Shown here piece by piece: positions 58,030-64,000 of a stretch of DNA of 64,000 bases. Within the stretch, counting starts at the first letter, position 1; every line of letters begins with the position of its first letter. Source of the stretch: Emiliania huxleyi CCMP1516 (taxonomy: Eukaryota); contig NW_005202428.1 in NCBI RefSeq assembly GCF_000372725.1, forward strand, positions 586,679 through 650,678, written 5' to 3'. A program made the translations under genes and the position numbers. The notes beneath the pieces are model-generated. The model was not told the origin of the DNA. It searched no databases and was given only the letters and a program-made list of their open reading frames with translations.

Positions 58030-59283
58030 ATGTCGACCGAGCTCGAGCGCCTTCTCCGCCGCTGGCCGCAGGGCATCAGTTTCCTTGAGGTGGATGAGGC
58101 GGATGAGGCGGATGAGGCGGAGGACAAGGCGGATGATGCCACCGCTGTCCTGGAATACGTCTATCAGCGCGTGAGAAAGATCATCCGTGCTGCCGATCAA
58201 CGCGGCCTTGCAGACGCCGAGGCGCGCAACCGCAGCCTTGGAAAGAACTTTGAGCTCCGCGGTGCACACGAGATCGTCCAAGCCATGGGCTTCAGGCTTC
58301 AGGGGGAAGGGCTTGATCGTCTCGACATGGAGTACGTGCTGTCCTCCGAAGTACCCCTCCACGACCTGCGGCGCAGCTGCGATGTGCTGCGCCATGCACT
58401 CAAAACGAGGTGGGACCCACCCGCGCCCTGCGGCGGGCGCTACTCGACGCGCCTCGCCATGCTGTCCCACGAACAGCTGGTCACGCTTCTCGCCACCGCC
58501 GCGACGGGCGACTCCGCCACTCGCGCCAGCGTCGACGACGCCATTCTCAGCACGTGTCCATCATCGGTGACGTGGGCGGAACTCCCCGACGTGGCGGTCA
58601 GCCGCATCGCCGTCATGCTGGAAGGACGCCGAGGCCTGCTCTGGTGCACCGTCTGCCGCAACTTCCGCGCAGCACAGCCGCCCGTGCGCGCGCTCACCAT
58701 CGGCGTCAGCCACGAAGTGGGGCTGCTCCCCCCGGCGGAGGAGGGCGATGGCCTCGTCATCCGCTTCCGGAACGACGGCCTTCTCGCGCACAAAATCATC
58801 GAGTCGGTCGCGGCGCGCCACGCCAGCGAGCTGCGCCGCCTCTCCTTCGTAACCCTCGTGCACTCGCCGGATGAGCCGCTACGCCGCCACCCAGAGCGCC
58901 GCCACGGCGCGCACCTCACGGGACTGCGGCAGCTGGAGATCGTCCACGCGTCGGCGGGATATTCTGGGCCGTACCCGCGGGAGGGTACCAACACGCTGGG
59001 GCGCTGCGCCGCCGAGCTGATTGGCTCCGTTGGTGGCACGCTGCACGAGCTCTCCGTCCGTGCGACCACGAAACTGCGCGTGCACGACCTGGTTCCGGCG
59101 CTGCCGCAGCTGGGCCCGAACTTGCGCAAACTGCACGTCGACCTGATCCCGTTCACTCCATTTCGCGCATTTGGTAGCGGAAAGCGCGAGGACACGGAGT
59201 GGCTGCGCGCCGCGGCGCGGACGCACTGCCCGCAGTTAGACGCTCCGGTGCTGGTCGCACACCGCGACCCCCAGCCGCACTGA
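58030..59283 (+). CDS. F-box protein with a PUB-like N-terminal region and an LRR-like C-terminus
   Basis: 417-aa ORF: LRGAHEIVQAMGF (PUB-like), WAELPDVAVSRIAVMLE...CTVCRNFRAA (F-box), LRRLSF/LRQLEI/LHELSV/LRKLHV repeats. Confidence 0.65.
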   Translation: MSTELERLLRRWPQGISFLEVDEADEADEAEDKADDATAVLEYVYQRVRKIIRAADQRGLADAEARNRSLGKNFELRGAHEIVQAMGFRLQGEGLDRLDMEYVLSSEVPLHDLRRSCDVLRHALKTRWDPPAPCGGRYSTRLAMLSHEQLVTLLATAATGDSATRASVDDAILSTCPSSVTWAELPDVAVSRIAVMLEGRRGLLWCTVCRNFRAAQPPVRALTIGVSHEVGLLPPAEEGDGLVIRFRNDGLLAHKIIESVAARHASELRRLSFVTLVHSPDEPLRRHPERRHGAHLTGLRQLEIVHASAGYSGPYPREGTNTLGRCAAELIGSVGGTLHELSVRATTKLRVHDLVPALPQLGPNLRKLHVDLIPFTPFRAFGSGKREDTEWLRAAARTHCPQLDAPVLVAHRDPQPH

Positions 59284-60064
59284 TCGCGAGGGCGCCGCGG
59301 AGGCGGCGGCGTGGCGGCGGAAATGACGGATCGCCTGCCGCGCTGCCGCGGCATGGCCGTTCCGCGCCTGCGTGGGGCGTTCCTCTCTCTCGTCATCGTG
59401 CGACCGCCGCTGGCCGCGTCCGCTCGTCGCGCCCGCGCGCGCCGCCCGCGTGCGCCCAACTCCTACGCGACGCTGTGTCGAGCCTCTCTTCGGTCTGGTG
59501 TGGCATCGTGAGCTTGCCGGTCCGGTCTACCGTCGGTCTGGTGTGGCCATGCGTCGTGCGCATGCGCATGCGCCGCTTGGCACGTTTTAGTCGTTTTGCC
59601 GGCTCTGGTGCCCGTCCGCTTGGCTCGCTGCGTGTGCGTGTGGCGGTGTGGGTGCGCGCCCGGGCCGAGCGATTTTGATCTCTCGGTCAGTGGGCGCCCG
59701 CCCGCCGCCTCTGAGAGGGTCGGTCCCCCTCTCGACACCAGGGCTCAGACCGTGATAACGTGTGCAGAGCAGAAGAGAGTAATCTACACAACGAGACCAC
59801 AAGATGCAAGAGGCACTGAGGGATCATTGGCCGCACATGGACGCTTCATGCAGCACGCAAATTTGGAGGTGCCCTGTTGCCACCCCCACTCTGAGCACTT
59901 GCCGCAATCGTACTGCACGTACGACGCGACGCGTTGGCGCCATTGCGCAGGGCGCGAAGCGCGCCGACACCTTTGCGAGCATCGAGTTGTACACGCGGTG
60001 CACCTGCGGGTACGGTCGGGATGGAGGATGGAGGGGACTACTCGGGCGGCAAAGGTGCACACGC

Positions 60065-61245
60065 ATGGGCCGAGGCGTGAGAGGCGGGGTGTGGGGGAGC
60101 GCGCACACCGAGGATGGTCGCGTCGGGCAGCGTGCGCGCCTCGTGCGTAAGTCGACCCAGAAGCGGTTGTGTCGCCACGAGGCGGCGGCGGCGGCCCAGC
60201 ACCTAGCTGCACAAGCGACAGAGCCTGCGCGGCCGAGCATGTTTGCCAATCTCGCTGCCCGCACATCGCAGCAGTCGCAGGAGAAGCAGCAGGCCGCAGT
60301 AACCGCCGTGATCAAGGCCGTCACCGAGGTTTTGCGCGATGCCGGCGATGTGAGCGATCCCCCGGCTCCCCACCGCCCCAATTTCACCCGCACTTGTTCA
60401 CCGTTCGCCTGAATAGAGCTCTTCCTTTCCTCCCCCTCTCCGTCACTCCGCCGCTCCCCACCGCGAGTCACCGCTCCGACTTTCACGTTGTAGGAGTTCC
60501 TTCTCGCAGAAGAGATCACGGCCGACTCCTTCCTCGCGCCAGGCGACATGGACCTTCTCAAGCTGAGCCAGGCCCTCCAGTGCCACTTGGGGAATGCCGT
60601 CCTCAAACGCGTGCTGCCAGAGGCGCTCGACGAGACGAAGGTGACCACGCCCCGGGCGCTGGCCGAGTACCTGCGGCTCCCAGAGGTATCGTGTGCGCCT
60701 CGCGTGCCGTCGGCCGAGCATGGGCGGCAGATGCGCGAGCTCGTCGAGTTGAGAGCGAAGCTCGTCGACTTTGAGTCTTTCCTAGCGCGTGTGGACGCAT
60801 CTCTCCAGGCTTTGGGTGAGGGTGACGCCGACCGCGCCGAGCGAGAGAAGGTCGAGCCGCTGCAGCACCGGCGACGCGAGGCGATCGCTCTGCTCAAGAC
60901 AAACTTCTGCAGCTCGAGTCTCAGCTCCGCCCCTTCGGTCTGGACGCCCCGCTCGTCGCGACGCTCGACGACGCGTCGGTGCCAGAGGCGAGTCGCCTCA
61001 AGGCTGCGTGCGAGGCGGCCGACGCGCAGGGTCGTCTGATGGTACTCGGCATGGCGACCGATGTACAGCAGTCGGCTAAAGAGCATGCCATCAATCGCGG
61101 ATTGGTTGACGACATCCTCTCCCGTTGGCGGACCGGCGCCGGCACCGCTGCGGGGAGCGGCGAGGCGTTAGCAGGCGAGTCATCGGAGGGTGAGGCGTCG
61201 GAGGGCGAGGGTGAGGACGCCGTTCTATTTTTTTCTAATATGTAA
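60065..61245 (+). CDS. Hypothetical protein (intron about 60350-60493, apparent frameshift about 60900)
   Basis: Coding-like GC3 bias across ORFs 59804..60412, 60548..61039 and 60979..61245; no recognisable motif. Confidence 0.35.
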
Positions 61246-61672
61246 CAAAAAATTAATATACGAGAGATAGCTCTGCGAGATCACTCGAGATCACTGGAGA
61301 TATCACGCACAGGTAAATCACGGCTACGTCGCTCAGAGGTAGAGGTAAAGGGCCCGCGGCTGCCCAGAGGTAAAGGTAAGAGGGCCGCAGGCCCTCAGAG
61401 GTAGAGGTAACCTAGACCCCTCCTACTCGGCCCTCAGAGCCGAGCGCGGTCGGTGGCGGCGGCGGCGAGGCGCGAGGCGGTGGCGGCGGTGGTGCGGGCG
61501 GCGGGATGACAGGGGAGGCGGCGGGATTGACAGGGGAGGCGGCGGCCACGAGCGGAGCGGCGCGAGAAGGGGGGGGGCGGCGGCGAGGCGCCGGTGAGCG
61601 AGGCGCCCGCGCCATATCAGAGGGACGCGCCGCTGCGAGATGGAGGGCGGCGGTGACGGAGGCGAGGCGCGA

Positions 61673-61729
<57 letters not shown>

Positions 61730-62206
61730 AACGGCGGCACCGAGTCTCGGTGAGCGGCGGCGGGAGGAGGAGCAGCGGCGGCGCTCGCTCGCTGTTGACG
61801 GGATTGCTTTTGAGCCTGGGAGCCCATGCCACTGCGACCGGCGTGCCCGGGAACGGAGATCGCGCGCGCGCCGCCACTCACGACGCGCGCGCGATCTTCG
61901 CGGAGTCGGGTCCCCAGAGGGAAGCGGTCTTCTCGGCCGACTCTAGCGGCGCGCAAGGAAGCAGGCGCAGCGGAGGCGGCCTAGCACTGGCTCGGCGCCG
62001 GGCGGTTGCGCTGCCCGCGAGCCGCGTCCTGAGCCTCGGCAGCGCGCTGCGCGGCGCGGCGCTCGCGCTGCTTCTGTGCCGAGAGCGGCATGATTCGCCA
62101 GCTGAAGCTCCAGACTCCTCGGGTCCGCGAGTTGCGCAGGTCACTTTGCGCAGGTTGAGCGGAAATTGGCGTAAGCGTCTGAAAGCAGTCTTGGGTGGTG
62201 AGCCTA

Positions 62207-62456
62207 GTGCGGACGGTTTTTTTGCGGTATCTTGATGTATCTCTCCAATATCTGACCGTATCTCCCCGTATCTCCTCACAATTTCCCGTATCTCCCCGTA
62301 TCTGCCCGTATCATCTGCCCGGATCTCGTATCTCCTGGTATCTCCCGGTATCTCCCGGTATCTCCCGGTATCCCGCCATATCCCGCCATATCCCGCCATA
62401 TCCCGCCATATCCCGCCATATCCCGCCACGGATACCGCGAAAAAACCCGTCCACAC
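62207..62456. mobile_element. MITE-like element: imperfect TIRs enclosing a 10-bp minisatellite
   Basis: ggacggtttttttgcggtatc (62211-62231) versus gataccgcgaaaaaacccgtcc (62431-62452); interior (atatcccgcc)n/(tatctcccgg)n. Confidence 0.65.
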
Positions 62457-63369
62457 CCCAGGGATTCCTGCAGTGGTACTCCAAGTCCTCCTCCTCGGTG
62501 GCGAGTTTTTTTTGTGAGTGTCCTGGCCGTAAGCGCTCTATTCACGGGCGGGAGGGACGGAGTTCCTCGTGAGGCCCCACGGCCTGCCACGCGTGCAACT
62601 GCGCATTCCAGTTTGCCGCCCGGACGGCTCGTTGTGGACGTCGACGTGCGCACGTATCATGTGTCCCAGGATACGTGGCACGCGGCGCGGTGCGGCGGCG
62701 TCACAAATCCGACCACAGAGCACCGGGACGCGGTCGGGCGATCTAAGGCCCAGTGAGGCGTATGCATTGCCCATCCAGGGCTATCACCTGGACCTATCAA
62801 CAGGCGCCTGCGGCGCCGTGCTCAGCCTCAGGAGCTGCTGCTCCAACCTGTTCACATAAACGCACAACCCCGGGCCCGAAATCGGGGGATGCCCCGCGCG
62901 CCTGACCCAGGCGCGAAAACGAATCTGCGAGGCGTGGCCGCTCATGCGGCCCGATGGGGAGGAGCGGGGCGGACTACGGGGATCGGCTTCTTACACAGCC
63001 CTTCCCTGCAGCGAGCCCCCCTCCAACCCACCTGCGCTAGATCTCGGGGGGCGCAGGGGTCACACCCGACGACCTCGGGAACTAGCCGGGGCAGTCGGAG
63101 AAGGGGCAACTCCGTGCACTGACTGACGGTCGGCCGTCAGAAAACACGCCTCCGTGGCTCGCGTTACACCAATCCTCGCTACCCAACGCGGCCAAAGGAT
63201 ATCCACCTCTAGAACCTCGAGAAATCGCACAGAACCTGTTCACACTTCCGCACGGCACACAGAACAAGGCCATCCTCGGCCTCCGGAGGGCCCCCGGCCG
63301 CGGCGCAACCTGTTCACAATTGTTCACAATTCTGTTCACAATTCCGCACGGCACAGAAGGCTGAGCGCG

Positions 63370-64000
63370 ATGGACGCGCACGTTTCGCTCCCGCCGCATG
63401 TCGGCCCGGCACACAGGTACTCCAAGGGCACGTGCGGCCCAATCATCCTCCTGCTGCGCCACATGGGCAGCTCGGCCCTCCTGCGCGCACTCCCGTGGGC
63501 GGCGATTGCCGCAGGGTACACAGTGACGCTGCACACCCAGGCGAGTCGCCCGACGTGTGCCTCCGCCGCGCCAGACCATGACTGTCGCAGCCAACAACAC
63601 TGCGCATTTGCCCGCAGGTCGCCTGCAACTCGTGGCCTTCGTTTTGCGGAAACGGGCACCCGGAGTGGACTGCCGACACAGCGGAGTTCCTCTTCGTCCA
63701 CACCTATTCATACCACGCCATCCTGCTCGCCTCGGGCTTCGGCCTCGTCTTTCGGCTCAATCAGTCGCTCGGTCGCTACTGGGAGTCTCGCTCCGCTGCG
63801 CAGAACATGGCCGCAAAGTGGTGCGATGTCCTCTCGATGGCGCTCGCCTTTGACGAGCTACCCGACGCGACCGGCTGCCAGGAGCGCGAGTGCGCGCCGT
63901 TCGCGCGCTGCGTGACGCACCTCTGCTCGCTACTGCACGCCGTCGCGCTGCACACGCTGCGCGGCGACCTCACCCTCGGCACTCTTTCCCCGTATGCCGC
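63370..64000 (+). CDS. Bestrophin/RFP-TM (UPF0187-like) channel, 5' part, spliced
   Basis: MDAH...GSSALLRALPWAAIAA; next exon HAILLASGFGLVFRLNQSLGRYWESRSAAQNM (LVFR.N....RYWE.R signature). Confidence 0.8.

Noticed and set aside
1..64000. tRNA/rRNA genes, Fanzor/TnpB nuclease, viral capsid or polinton genes
   Set aside because: No cloverleaf, rRNA-like block, RuvC/zinc-finger motif set or capsid/pPolB motif was seen by eye; covariance or HMM searches could still find weak cases.

Overview
This is eukaryotic, GC-rich genomic DNA with spliceosomal introns, many of them GC-AG and filled with 10-11 bp minisatellites, plus two N-gaps. The style strongly resembles the haptophyte Emiliania/Gephyrocapsa huxleyi, which is an inference from style alone. 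Recognisable genes include a plastid-type phosphate translocator (partial), an NHL-BTB protein, USB1, a UDP-glycosyltransferase, an STPG-repeat protein, an OSR1/SPAK/STRAD-like pseudokinase, F-box proteins, a DUF3431-like protein, a METTL24-like methyltransferase, a gamma-glutamyltranspeptidase, NEK and CLK/LAMMER kinases, an HROB-like protein, an HpcH aldolase and a bestrophin (partial). They are mixed with decayed mobile DNA: two 5'-truncated LINE 3' ends, a gag-like CCHC ORF, a pogo-like DDE transposase, a MITE and dispersed repeats. Four things stand out. (1) A C2 + tyrosinase + matrixin metalloprotease + CaaX locus. (2) Introns whose 5' end copies the next exon's first ~20 nt and is followed by a minisatellite, a candidate intron-gain mechanism. 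(3) An ankyrin/U-box gene split by a LINE end plus a GGT gene. (4) A STE20 pseudokinase with a MO25-type motif. Exon boundaries were read by eye and are approximate, and all homology calls come from motif recognition, not database searches.
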